Source: Caecitellus pseudoparvulus
Taxonomy: Eukaryota; Protista; Bigyra: Bicosoecida
Assembly: GCA_965644315.1 (NCBI GenBank)
Contig: CBFFRQ010000044.1
Span: 248,001-312,000 of the forward strand
Length of the DNA: 64,000 nt
Direction: 5' to 3'
Both the position numbers and the translations under genes were made by a program. Below the pieces are notes generated by a model that was given only the letters and a program-made list of their open reading frames with translations, was not told the origin of the DNA and did not search any database. The stretch's first letter is position 1, and each line of letters begins with the position of its first letter. Positions 44,232-55,900 of the stretch are shown in pieces.

Positions 44232-45809
44232 TCACGCTTCGCCGCCGCCACTCTGGGGGTCACCCTCCCCCCCCTCTTCATGCTCTCCGTCCTCGGGTGA
44301 CTCACTGCCCTCTCCAGCTCCCCCTGCACCCCCCTGGTCGGCTTGGCCCACGGAGGCCTGCAGCGCCGCCACAAACGCTCCCACGGCATCGCCCGCCGCC
44401 AACGCATCAGCGCCATCCTCCGCCGCAAGGTCGAAGCTGGCGAAGACGGTGTTGAAGTTCTCACCTTGCAACGCACCAGTCAGAGTGCGCAGGGTCTGTT
44501 GGAACTGCGGCGAGGTGAGGGTGGCGCGCAGGCCTGCTGCGTTACGCTGTGACTCGGGCAAGTGCTGCATGAGTGACTCCACTGCGTCCTCGTCCTGCAT
44601 GACTCCCTCCACTGCCTCGGGCGTCACCAGTGCCGTGAGGGAGACGGGGAGGACACCGCCACCCCCCTGCTGCTGCGCCAGCGCCGCCATGGCGCCCGCC
44701 ACCAGCCCCTCCATCATCTCAGCGGTGAAAGCGGCCTCCCCCCCCTGCTCAGCTGCCCCCGTGGAGGTGGGCGTGGCGGGGGCCTCACTGTGGGGTGATG
44801 TGGCGCCCTCACCCCCCCCTGTCCCAGACGGCGTCTCAGCAGGCGGTGACGGCGCTGCTGCCGCCTCCATGGACTCTGCAATCGCCCGAGCCAACTGCTC
44901 TTCCTCACTCATACCCCCGTAGCCACCCATGTCAGGGGGGGGTGCTTGCCCCTCCCCACCGCCACCACCGCCACCACCGCCACCGCCACCCCCCCCCAGA
45001 AGAGCGGCCAGGTCCCCCCCACCGCCTCGCAGCAACTGCTCCAGGGCAGCAGCCGAGGCGCCGGGGTTGCCGCCGCCTTGCCCGCCGCCACGCCCCAGGC
45101 CCAGCTGTGCCAGGAGGTCCCGCCCCACACCGCCTGCAGCACCGCCGCCACGCTCCCGAGCGGGCGGGTTTTGGATGAGCTCGTTGACCTTTTTCACGGC
45201 GGCGGCGTCACCAGCCGCCTTGGGCTCCTGCATCCAGAAGAACAACCGACGACGACCGGCGAACTCGAGACGGTACACTCGATCCCCCTCGCGCCCCGTG
45301 TCCACAGGCAGCAGCTCTGCGTCGCCGGGGAAGACGGCCAGGTCCTGTGCAGGGGAGGGTATGGGAGCGTACGTGGCAAGGTTGCGCACACGGCACGAAG
45401 GAGCAGACTATCACCAGCGCACTGGGGGAACACACACCTCAACAGTCGCGTTTGTAGTACGGTCACGCCACTGGAAGTGCAGGGAGCCATCTGCGTTCTG
45501 CGGGCACGGCGATGCGCGAGTCGTGCACCTGGCGTTTCATGTGCGCAGGCGTGTCAGCAACTCACCTGCACAAGCAACACCTTGCCCTTGCGCTCGTCCG
45601 CGACGATGCGAAGCTTGGGACCGCCTGCAATTGGCTCAGTGTTCATGCGCCCAGCGCGGAACTCCGTCAGCACAGTCTGTGTGGGCAGAAAAGCGGGTAT
45701 GGCATGGAAGCAAGGCGGCGTTACGCCTGAAACGTACCTGCTGCCGAGCAGGGGCGCCAGGGGCGCCGCCGCGGGCTGCGGCGAACAAGTTGCCGAGGTT
45801 GGCTGCCAT
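44232..45809 (-). CDS. RPN13: Proteasomal ubiquitin receptor Rpn13/ADRM1. Exons 45809-45738, 45676-45566, 45497-45438, 45344-44232
   Basis: Pru domain EFRAGRM...ADERKG...LHFQWRDR...DLAVFPGDA...RVY...FFWMQEP. C-terminal UCH37-binding domain LMQHLP...TLTSPQFQQTL. Confidence 0.92.
44953..44997 (-). repeat. Coding GGN microsatellite (poly-Gly) in Rpn13 linker
   Basis: (ccaccgcca)n on the + strand. Confidence 0.7.
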
Positions 45810-46005
45810 AGTGATTGGGACCTACTGTGCCACATGCAAAGTTGGAGTCTCATTCGTGGCGCACGCAGTCGGTGTGGATTTTGCTGTGCTGGCTTGGCGT
45901 GCCACCCCGCCACCTGCCTCAAACGAGCGCAAGCAATGCATTGCGCAGACCACAACACGAGCGAAGGCCAACTGGCGAGACACACTGTCTAGGCGTCTTT
46001 CCTGC

Positions 46006-48729
46006 TCACAGGCGCAGGGAGATGGCGGCAGCGATGGCCATGAGGAGGGCGGCGAGGGAAACCCAGGCTGCCGCGGCGGAGTCAACGTCATCGTCCCCTG
46101 CCTGCTCAATGGTGGCGGCAGAGCCCTCGGCCTCCACGCCCTGGCCACAGTCGTTGCCAGTGCAGGGGCAGTCCGTGCTGGTGCACTCGGAGGCGAGGTA
46201 GGCGTTCATGGTGCTCCAGTCAAAATCCGCAGTGGCAGCTGCACCACCCGAGGCAGGCAGCAACGTCTCCAGTTCGTCAGCGATGCGGGTGGTCTCGCCG
46301 TCGTCGGTGGCACGGATGGTGTAGTCCACGACCACGGAGCCTGCTCGGATGTCGTCCACAATCACGTCGTTGAAGCCGGCGCCCGTGTTAGCAACAATCG
46401 CCTCCACGAAACGCTCCACGAACTGGTCCCGGCGCTCCTGCGTGGCGGTAACCCACGCGTACTTGACGTTGGTCAGGCGGGCACGCAGGTTGGCCTGCTT
46501 GGCGCTGCGGCAGCGAGCGGGGGGGAAGTTGCTGCCGCAGTAGCTGTTGACGCCGTTGGCGAAGTCACGAGCAGGGCGGGCAGAGGGGCGGAAGGTGATG
46601 CCGTCCAGAATGTCGCTGGAGCCAGAGCTGGAGCCGCCAGGGGAAGCTGTGTCGTCGCCGCCGGCAGGCAGGGTACCGTCGGGCTGCAGGACTGCCGTGA
46701 ATGTGCGCACCATCAGCTCGAAGAAGCCGGTGAGGCAGCAGCCCCACTCGTTGGCGAGGTTCTGCAGCTGTGTCTTGCAGCCGCGGCATTCACGGATGGC
46801 GTCGGCCATCTCAGCGGGAGCGCGGTTCAGCAGCTGCTCCACGTCCACGCCCAGGGCACGGTACATGCCCAGGGACAGCATGGGGGTGCACTCCTCTGTG
46901 AGGCTGTCGAAGGTCTGTGACTCCTGCACGTTGCCGTTGGCGTCACAAGTGCCGAAGAGAACGTCAGCACACAGCTGGTTGTTGGGCCCACGGCCGCAGG
47001 CCAGGGACAGAACCGTCTCCAGGATGGAGATCTGGTTGCCAAAGAGGCCGCCAGCGTTGTTTGCGCCAGGAGTGGAGGGGCCAGCGTTGTTGGCGCCTTG
47101 GTTCTGAGCGTCGGTTGGGGCCTGTTGGCACAGGCTCACCAGCTCCGAGTTCACGGTGCCGTTGTTGGCAACGCGCTCGAACTCCTCCAGGGCACAGGCA
47201 TTGTCCAGGTTGGACTTGAGGAAGGCGAGGTAGTGCCCCATGAGGCTCTTGCCGCAGAAGGAGCAGGTGAAATCCCACGTGCACTCGTCAAACAAGTCGA
47301 AACCATTGTCGTCACCGCTACCGCCGCCGCCAGCTGCGTTGATTGCGTTGGCCTCGGTTGCGGCGACAATGCAGGGCTTGGTGCTGGAAGGTGCTGTGGA
47401 GCAAGCCCACTCCACAGTCTTGGAGCGAATGCGCGCTTCGGCGCCGAGGGCGAAACCGATGGCGCGTTGCGCGCGCGCTGACACAGCCATGTTGTTAGTG
47501 CGTGCCACGACGGCCCAGTTGGAGGCAGCCAGGTACTTGGCTTCAGCGTCGAAACGAGTGCGGGCAGCACTGGCACAGGCGCATGCCTTGGTGGCGTCGG
47601 CGGCAGAGACAGTGGTCAAGTCATCGTTGCCGTCGAACACGCCAGAGGTGGCAGGGTCTTGGTCCAGCACAAGGCAACGGTCACCGCCCGTGCCGGCCGT
47701 GGCACACATGAAGTCCTCCAGGTAAGTGATGGAATAGGAGATCTTGGGACAGCCTACGCCTGACTGGGAGCTGACTGTCTTGAAGGCGGCCACAGCGTTG
47801 GTGTAGCAGGTGGCGCCGCACAGCGTTGTGATGTTGGCGTTGGTGGCAGCCCGTGCGCTGGCTCGTGCAGCAGCCGAATCAGCCCGGGAAATGGCACGCA
47901 TGTTGGTGGCGATGTCCTTGACCAGGCCAGGGCACTCGCTCTTCTGCACAGGGGAAATTCGGCGTGGGTGAGGGTGAGTGCCAGCTGGGCAGAAAGAACG
48001 CGCCTTGCACAATTGCACTACGTACAAGTGCTGCCTCAACCTCAGCATACTTGTTGCAGCAGGGCGTGTCCTTCAGCTCGAAGGTGGCGGTGTAGCACTC
48101 AAGAGGGGGGTGCATGGGGTGGCTGAAGTCACCCGGCTCACCAAAGCCGTCAGTGTCATCGTCTTGCATCAACCGGCGTGCTGCGTCGAGGGAGGGCAGC
48201 TCTGGGCTGGCCACTTCCACCGACATCCTACGCGCAGCGCCCAGCAGCTCCCGCCACTCCGCAGAGAGCCTGTGCAAGGCATGAGTGCATCATGTGCGCC
48301 TAACACAGCCATTTGCAAGGCAGTGCAGGCACTCACGTCGCCTCAGCAGCCATGGCGTGTTGGCGGGCTGCGGCTGCAGCAGCGCCTGGCTTCATGTGTT
48401 TGGCCTCCGCCACGATCTGTGCAGGGGCGAGGCGATGATGCTGGCCCATGCAGGTAAAGTTGGGACATTTCGGCTTTCGTTTGGTGGGTAGCCGGTGACC
48501 AGGCTCTGTGCCTGCGCCCGTGGCAACTCCAAACTCGACCCGCCACTGCAACGCTCTGCAGCGTCGGAAGGTGCGGATGCACCAAGTGCCACTGTGCACG
48601 CACCTGCTTGGAGTGCCACTTCTCGAAGGCCTTGACCGCCTTCACACCTTCGTCAAAGGTCATGAGGTGGTCCAGAGGGGCGGCTGTGGCGGCAGCGGCG
48701 GCCGCCAAAAGTAGCGCAACCACACGCAT
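46006..48729 (-). CDS. Secreted, probably GPI-anchored Cys-rich surface protein with a C-terminal SEA-like domain (about 4 exons)
   Basis: Signal peptide MRVVALLLAAAAAATA. Spliced through KWHSKQ|IVAEAK..AEAT|LSAEW..EAAL|KSECP. Many Cys, an SEA-like segment IRAGSVVVDYTI, and a hydrophobic C-terminus after DSAAAA. Confidence 0.75.
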
Positions 48730-49933
48730 GATGGCTACACAAAGAGAGCTGCTACCGACGGATCGGTGTGTTTAGCTCGGCAAGCGGTGACAAGCGTGCA
48801 CGTGCAGTCAGCACGGAGAGCACACTGGGTTGTGTCGGCAGTGTAGAGGTGTTTGGATCAAGTACGCAAATGCTGGCAACCGGGCTGGCTGAGATGAAGT
48901 GCAGGGGGGGCCAGACAGCGTTTCCTAGAATCTGCTCCAGGTTTCACCGCCACCCATTGGCACGGATGCACAGCTAGGTGCGGCGTGTGGCCCCGGAGAG
49001 TCATACCAGTAGACTTTGTCAATATGCATGGATCTACTTTCACGTGCTTGGGTTCCAATCTTCCGTTTAACGCGTGTGGTGGTGCATCGATTGTGCGGAA
49101 ATTGACGCGGGTGGTGGGGGAACCCCCCAACTGCATTCCTCTCATGCTGTCCCTTTGAACAACCCAGCCGCGTCGACGGCGATCAGATGGCTACCACTCA
49201 TTGGGGGGCAAAGTTCGAGAAGAATCCGCGCCAGCGCGCGAAATTCACCTAGTTGTGGCTCGGAATGAGTGCTTCATGCTGACACACCAATGCACGCTCC
49301 CAGCACTCTGACAAGCGCTGCGCAGTAAAAAGCGTTTGTCGGACCACGAGCCTCGAGGCATGATAGTGGCACTGGCGCACACGAACTGCGGTGTTGCCTG
49401 CTCGTATCGCTTCGCTCCACTGGGACAAAGGCCAGAAATCGCTTCACGAGGCAGCGCAACAAGTGCTCGGGAACCGTGAGGGGTGTGAAGGGGGGGTACA
49501 GGTTTGCAGGAGGCGCGATGCTTGCAGCAGGTAACCAGGCCTGCGCCAGCACACCCAAGCTGCGGGCTGCAGAATGCAGCAACTGGGGCGCACAGTGGGG
49601 ACACTCTCGAGACTTCTGGGCAAGATTTGGAGTTGGCAGGCCTGGCGAGAGAACCTGCCACAACTGATGCAGTGCATACCCCGCGTTACACGCTGCAGAC
49701 AAGGCCACCCCACAGCCACAACACGCGCGCAAATAAACACTGCACACAACTGAGCATTGACTGCCTTTGTGAACGTGCACAGCCTCGCAAAGGCAAGCAG
49801 CGCCACGCAGAGTTCGTTGGCTGGCCACGAGCTGAGCCCATTCCTCCGCCGCTCGCGCCACACCACAAGGGACGCGCCGCTGCCCGGCCTGAGGGTCAGA
49901 TTGCCTCCTCACACAAACAAGCATCTTGAAATC

Positions 49934-52900
49934 ATGGCCCAGGCCCCTCACACCAGGGCCCAGAGCCGGATGTGGATTGTGCTGGTCGGCCTTCTTGCCA
50001 GTCGAGCTGCTGGCTCACAAGGTACGAGAAGCTCAGCGCAAGCACTGCACGCCGGGCGTGTGACATGCTCACGGCCATGGCATTCTCTCTCCTTTGGTTG
50101 TTTCCCGCAGAGTACTGGAGCGTCGGCCAGGTTGCAGGAGGTGGGTCGGACCGTGCTTCGCTGCCAGCCATTCGATGGCCGCGGCGACGCCAGCTCTTTG
50201 ATGCATTCCGTGCACTCTTGAGCCGCGGCCCTTGCTCGCACAGGCGTGGGGCGCACGGCAGTTGGATTCGACGATGATCAGCTTTACTTCTCTGCCTTTG
50301 GAAACCAGCTTGTGCCGTGGTGCAACGGCACACACCTCCTCGCAGAGGGTGGAGCTCGGCGTTTCAAGGTGAGGGCGGCGTGACATAGGCGCCACATCCC
50401 GCACGCCACCGCTTTGGAGGAGAACTGTGCCGATTTAGCCCGCACAGTAGCTCAGCTTGGTCCAGGCCCACCCCCTTCTCACCCATGCTCGCACCGCACT
50501 GGCCACCTGCCCTCAACGCTTGCAGGTGGTGGAGGCCAACCGAAGCCTGACGCATGTCGCCGGGTCAGGGAGGGACCCGCTCACCATGCCGACTGTCGGG
50601 AACATCAGGCGCGACCCGCTGCAGGTGGACATTGGCGAGATCATGGCCTTGACGAGCCATGTAGAGGCCACGCGGTGCTCTGCCTACTTCACCGAGCGTG
50701 TGCGTTTCACCTTGGCGCTGCCCCGCTGCCGCCCACGCTTCACGCGCACCAACAACGCACGACCCTGGCCCGCCCGGCTTGCACAGGGAACTGGCTCCAT
50801 CCGGCGGCTCCTTGCCGAGACAGACGGTTCCTACGCCGTGACCACCATCCTGAACACGCAGTCCCGCGGGACATCCCCGGTGCGGTCGTGCGAGTACGAG
50901 GTCGCAGGCATGCCCAGGCCTGAGGAAATCAAGCAGTGCAATTTGACCACCTTTGTCAGTGATCATCCCTTCTCCGACGGCCCCGTGCATGCCAAGGCCA
51001 CGGAAGGCCTCGGCGCGCTGTTCACCACGCCAACGGCGCTCTTGTACGACGACGATTTGCCTGGACTGTTCTTCTTCGATGGACCCGCCTTGCGTGCTGT
51101 GAACCTCATCGAGGGCAGAGGTGCCAAGCAGACCGCTGGAATCCTTCAAACGTTAGGAGGCAGTGGCTCGTCGGGTTGGGAAGACCCGCTGAAAGTCCTG
51201 CAGGGATGGGCCAACACCACCACGACAGAGTACCGTCCCCTGGACAGCAGCCACGGTGATGGACCCCGCATCACGCCTTTTGTCGGTTTCTCCTTGGTAT
51301 GGGGGGGTGAACATGAGATCTTGTTCCTGGACCCCCTTGCAGGGCTCTTGCGGCGGGCCAGCATCTCCTGGTCCACTAACGTGGAGCTACTTTCTTTGTC
51401 GTCACTTGACACACTCATCGGCGACCCATCCGCGCCAGGTGCTCGGGTCCAGCATGCTCGATGGCACCAGCGGAAGTACCAAGGCCAGCCCGACCTTGAC
51501 ACTGACACGTACAAGTACACGAAGGAAGACCTGGGCGCCGCAGCGCTGCTGCGGGAGCCCAATGCGCCAGCAATCACAGACGGGGCGGGCGCAGCGGGAT
51601 CCATGGGTTTCGCCCGGTACATGTTGAAGCTTGGCTCCAGCACGCCTGCAGAGACTCGCCTCCTGGTGTCAGGCGCAAACACAGCCATGCTGACGGCCCA
51701 GCACGTCATGCTTGGTGCAGCTGCGGCGTCGTTCTTCGAGGAGCACCCCATGATGACTCTGCAAGACCAAAACGTTGGACACCAGCTCATGGCCCACCTG
51801 CGGTACGCAAAAGTAGTATCAGACCCGGCCGCCTGCAGCGTGCACACCTTGTACGGCAGGGGCACGACGGATGGGAGCAGCATGGCCACAGCTGGTGATG
51901 TGCCTTTTGAGGTGGATGGGATCCAGGTTCCCTCAGCACATGTCGTGGGCATGTCCGCTGGCGGGCAGAATTCCTCTGAAGTCCTCTTTGCCACGGTGGG
52001 CGCCGAAGTTGTGCTCGTGCCCTCCAGGTTTGCAACTGCTGACGCGCTGAGTGACGAGGCACAAAGCCAGACAACCTCCAATACGTATGACCGGCGCGGC
52101 TCGACTCCCACTGAGCAGGTCCTTACAACACTGTATGGCAGGTCAGATGTCTACTTCGCGAGGAGTGTTCGCCGTGCACTGGCTGGCAGCACATCAGAGC
52201 CTTCCTCCTCATCCAGTGGCAGCGACAGCGATGCCGAGGATGCTGCAGCCAGGCTGCTCTCCTCGTCTACCTCTGCCGCCCGGATTTTTGCGAGGTCCTT
52301 CATGCGAAACCCTGTGACAGAGCGATCTCGACTGATTGAAAGCCCGTATGCGGGTGCGTACGACGTCCGCCGGGACTTCTTGACGCAGCAGGAGTGGCGA
52401 ACGTTGGCGCAAGATACGATGGTGCCCCGCTACCTCAATCCCGGTGGGCAGCTGAACTTCCAGGGCAGTGTAGCTGACACTACGGCTGATTTGCAGGTGG
52501 CATTCCCGACCGGCGGTGCCGAAGTTGCTGCGCGGCTGATGGAGTGGCGGGAGCGTGGCGAGGGTGACGTCTGGCATGCCAGGAGTGTGACGGCAGACCC
52601 AGTGCTGACTGCGGGGGATGGCGCACCTGACTACAGCGTGTCTGAGCGGGACCGCAGTCGCCAAGCAGTCATTTCCTTCAAGGGCTTCCTCATGGTCATC
52701 GGCGGGAACAGCTTCCCGCAGGCCCGGCTCTTCCGCCCATCTCAAGTATTCTACAACAAGCAGGCCTTTGTCGAGGAGAGGCCCCGAGATCCCTTTGGGC
52801 AAGGGACGACATCAAACGCACTTGACACTGACGCTGACGCGTTTCGAGTGGAGGGGGAGTCCACCGCTAGTGTTCTCGTCTTCAACCCTGATACCAACAC

Positions 52901-55900
52901 GTGGAAGAGCGGCCAGCCCCTGAACACGCCTCGAGAGGACGCGGCAGTTGTGGAGGCAGATGGACAGCTTTACTTGATTGGCGGAGTCCGCCGAGTTTTT
53001 GAAGGCGGGGACTTCGGGAACCCGTCAGACCCCCCACGCTACGAAACCTACGGCGTGAACACGATTGAAGTGCTAAGCGACCCCTTCGGGGCGTGGGACA
53101 ACACGTCACTGCCGGCCATGCCCTTCTTCCGAGACCGCATGGGCGCTGCATACTCCAACGGCAACATCTACCTGGTTGGCGGACGGAAGCAATGCCCCCC
53201 TCTCGATGGGCCCATGCGCCCAGAAACCCCCATGCAGGCGCTGCGCGAAAACCGCACACGCCCGGCTGGCCTCGGTGACTTGGACTTGTACGGACAGAGC
53301 TGGCAGCGGGCTTTCGGGCCAACTGCCGCTCAGGGCGGGGACCCTGGTCTCAGCCGGCGACTGCTGGCTGACTTGTCGCCTGCTTCCAGTCAGCTGTCTT
53401 CCTCCACTTCTTCCGCTTCCACCTCAGCCTGGGCCAGCGCCGAGACGACCTTCGAAGCTGTCAGCGCCGTGGCCGACAAGAGCGGCAGCGACCACGTCGC
53501 GCTCGCCGCATGGGAGGCCCACGCCGACCTCCTGGCAGCCGGCAAGCTCAGCCTCCAGCAGCAAGGCGAACGTGCTGCCAGCGCGATCCGCCAAGCAGTC
53601 GGGCAGGTGGGCGATTTTCTCGCGGCCGCAGAGGGTGCTGCCGCTGTGCTCCTGGAGGGCTCGCCACGCCAACGAGGCCTGAGCAGCACCCCCACGTTTG
53701 TCGTCATCAATTCGTCCAGTGTGTTCACAGGAACGACAACATCGTCGTTGTACAGCAGTCCCGCCCAGGGCCAGTGCGTGGCCTTTGGTGGCGAGGTGAC
53801 GGCACTGAACCTGCACTGCCTCGTGCTCTCCAACACGCTGCTCCCACTGCCCGTGGGGGGCACGGCGAAGCTCACTCGCCTGGAAGAGGGCACTGACCCT
53901 GGCAGCCGGCTGCCCTTGTTCCAAGAGGAGGGGGGTGAAAGCGCTGTGGACTTCAAACAGTCCCAAGAAAACCCGCAGAGTCGTGGTGAGGTGTGGACCC
54001 AGGGCGGCTTTTGGACGCAAGACGACTGGGCCACGGAGCCACCCCAGTTCACTGACATCTGGTTCGTGAAGCAGTGGTTCTCCACTGCCAACTCTGACTG
54101 GCGTGTGGGCACGCAGCTCCCCACCAACCCCACGGATGTGGACGCCTCGGCACCAGCAGCCAGCAACGTGCAACTGCCCCAAGCCTCCACTGCCCCTCTG
54201 CCGGGTGGCTCCTCCGCCACGGGTGGAGGAGGTGACACCGCGGCCCCCGTCGTGCCGCAACCCATCTATACACGAGGCGGCTTCAACTGCCTGGATGACT
54301 CTCGGGACCGCCCGTACACGTCTGTTGACGTGCTGGACATCCTCACCGGCGCGTGGCGCCAGCACAGGAGCCGGCTGAAGGTGCCGCTCGTGCGGCCTGC
54401 AGTGGCTGCGGTGGGTGGCCAGATCTACGCGACTGGCGGCGTTCGAGCGCTCATGAACATGCCTGACCGTGTCAGTGTTGTTGCGAACGACGCTGTGTCG
54501 GCAGTGCAAGTGATGGATGCTTGGGCCGGCGGCGAGTGGCGCGTGGACAACTTGCAGTACCCCACAGAGCTGTTCGACTCTGTCGGCGTGCTCAGATCTG
54601 ACGTGACTGAGAATGTGCTCAAGGCCCAGCTGGACCAGGGCGTGTTCCACACGTTTGGTGAGGTGTCTGCCGGCTACGCAGGGTCCTCCCACGCGCCCCG
54701 CATCAGCATGGTGCCCATGCTTGGCAAGCTCTTCACGGCTTGGGAAGTGTACGACCTGACCCTGCCTGAGTCTCAGCGCAAGTGGCAGCCAACCTCCCAG
54801 CGCGCTTTCGAAGGCTTCTCTTCGTACGTGCACCTGGCAGCCGTGCGGGGCAAGATCTTTGCTGTGAGTGAGTTCCCCGTCACACGCCACGGTGGGCGAA
54901 GGGAGATTCCACAGTCATGGCGCAATGATTGGTTCGAGACGCTGGCCGTCTTCGAGCCACGCTTGCCGGCTACCGTCGTCGTGGAGGGTGTGCTGTTCCA
55001 GCGCTCGCCTGCGGGCACCTCCCAGACCAACGAGGTCACCTTCACTGTGGACCAAACGCTGTTGCCGAGTGGCTCCTTCTCCTCCGAAGACGTGTCGGTG
55101 TCTGTTGGCGGGCAGCCTGCGACACTGCTGAGCTTCGCAAACGCGTCGCGGCCCACCTACCACGCCACCGTCCTCTTCCCACCAGGCGTCGGCGAGAACC
55201 TGGACGTGAAGGTCACCATCACCACGCAGGTCGACACGTACGCAGGCAGCGCCCCGCTGTTCTCGTACGAACCTCCCGAGATCACGCAGCACCTACCCTC
55301 CACTGGCCCTACCTCTGGCGGCTTCCTCGTCACGCTCAGAGGGCGGAACTTTGGACCCGCCAACGCCGCCACGCGCGGCAAGCTCCTTGTGCACTGGGAA
55401 CGCATTGACCACCCCCGTTGCAGGCTGCTCAAGCCGACCAACAGCTCACTCCTGGTGCACGTGGACGACACTGAGCTGCGAGTGCCCATGCCCCCTGGTG
55501 TCGGGTATGGCTGGATTCCCCGAGTCACAGCCGGCGGGCAGCTGGACATCACCGGCACGCAGCACTACGAGGCGAACTTTTACCAGCCCAGGACTTGGGG
55601 CTCCCTCCAATCCCCGCGCAATGCCAGGCCTGCCTACAACTTCTCCTACAACCCGCCTGAGCTCACCAGTTTGCGGTTTGAGGGCGGCGGCAACCCTGCA
55701 GTGGGTGGCGCCACTCTGCGGATCATGGGGTTGAACTTGGGGTACGTCAACCAAACCACAGGGAAGGTCGCGGACTTCTGCGGCTACCAGCCCTCCTCCC
55801 CCAGTGATCGGTTCTCTCTGCGAGACCCCAAGGTTTCCCCATCTGCCCTTGTGGAGCTGCCTTCCATGGGGCCAGATGCAGTGCACCTCGCACACCCCGC

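Noticed and set aside
48730-49933. 1.2-kb gap with several 130-225 aa ORFs and AAATT/GCGCGAAA-like promoter words
   Set aside because: The ORFs lack domains and coding bias. The motif instances are too short and variable to call a promoter element by eye.
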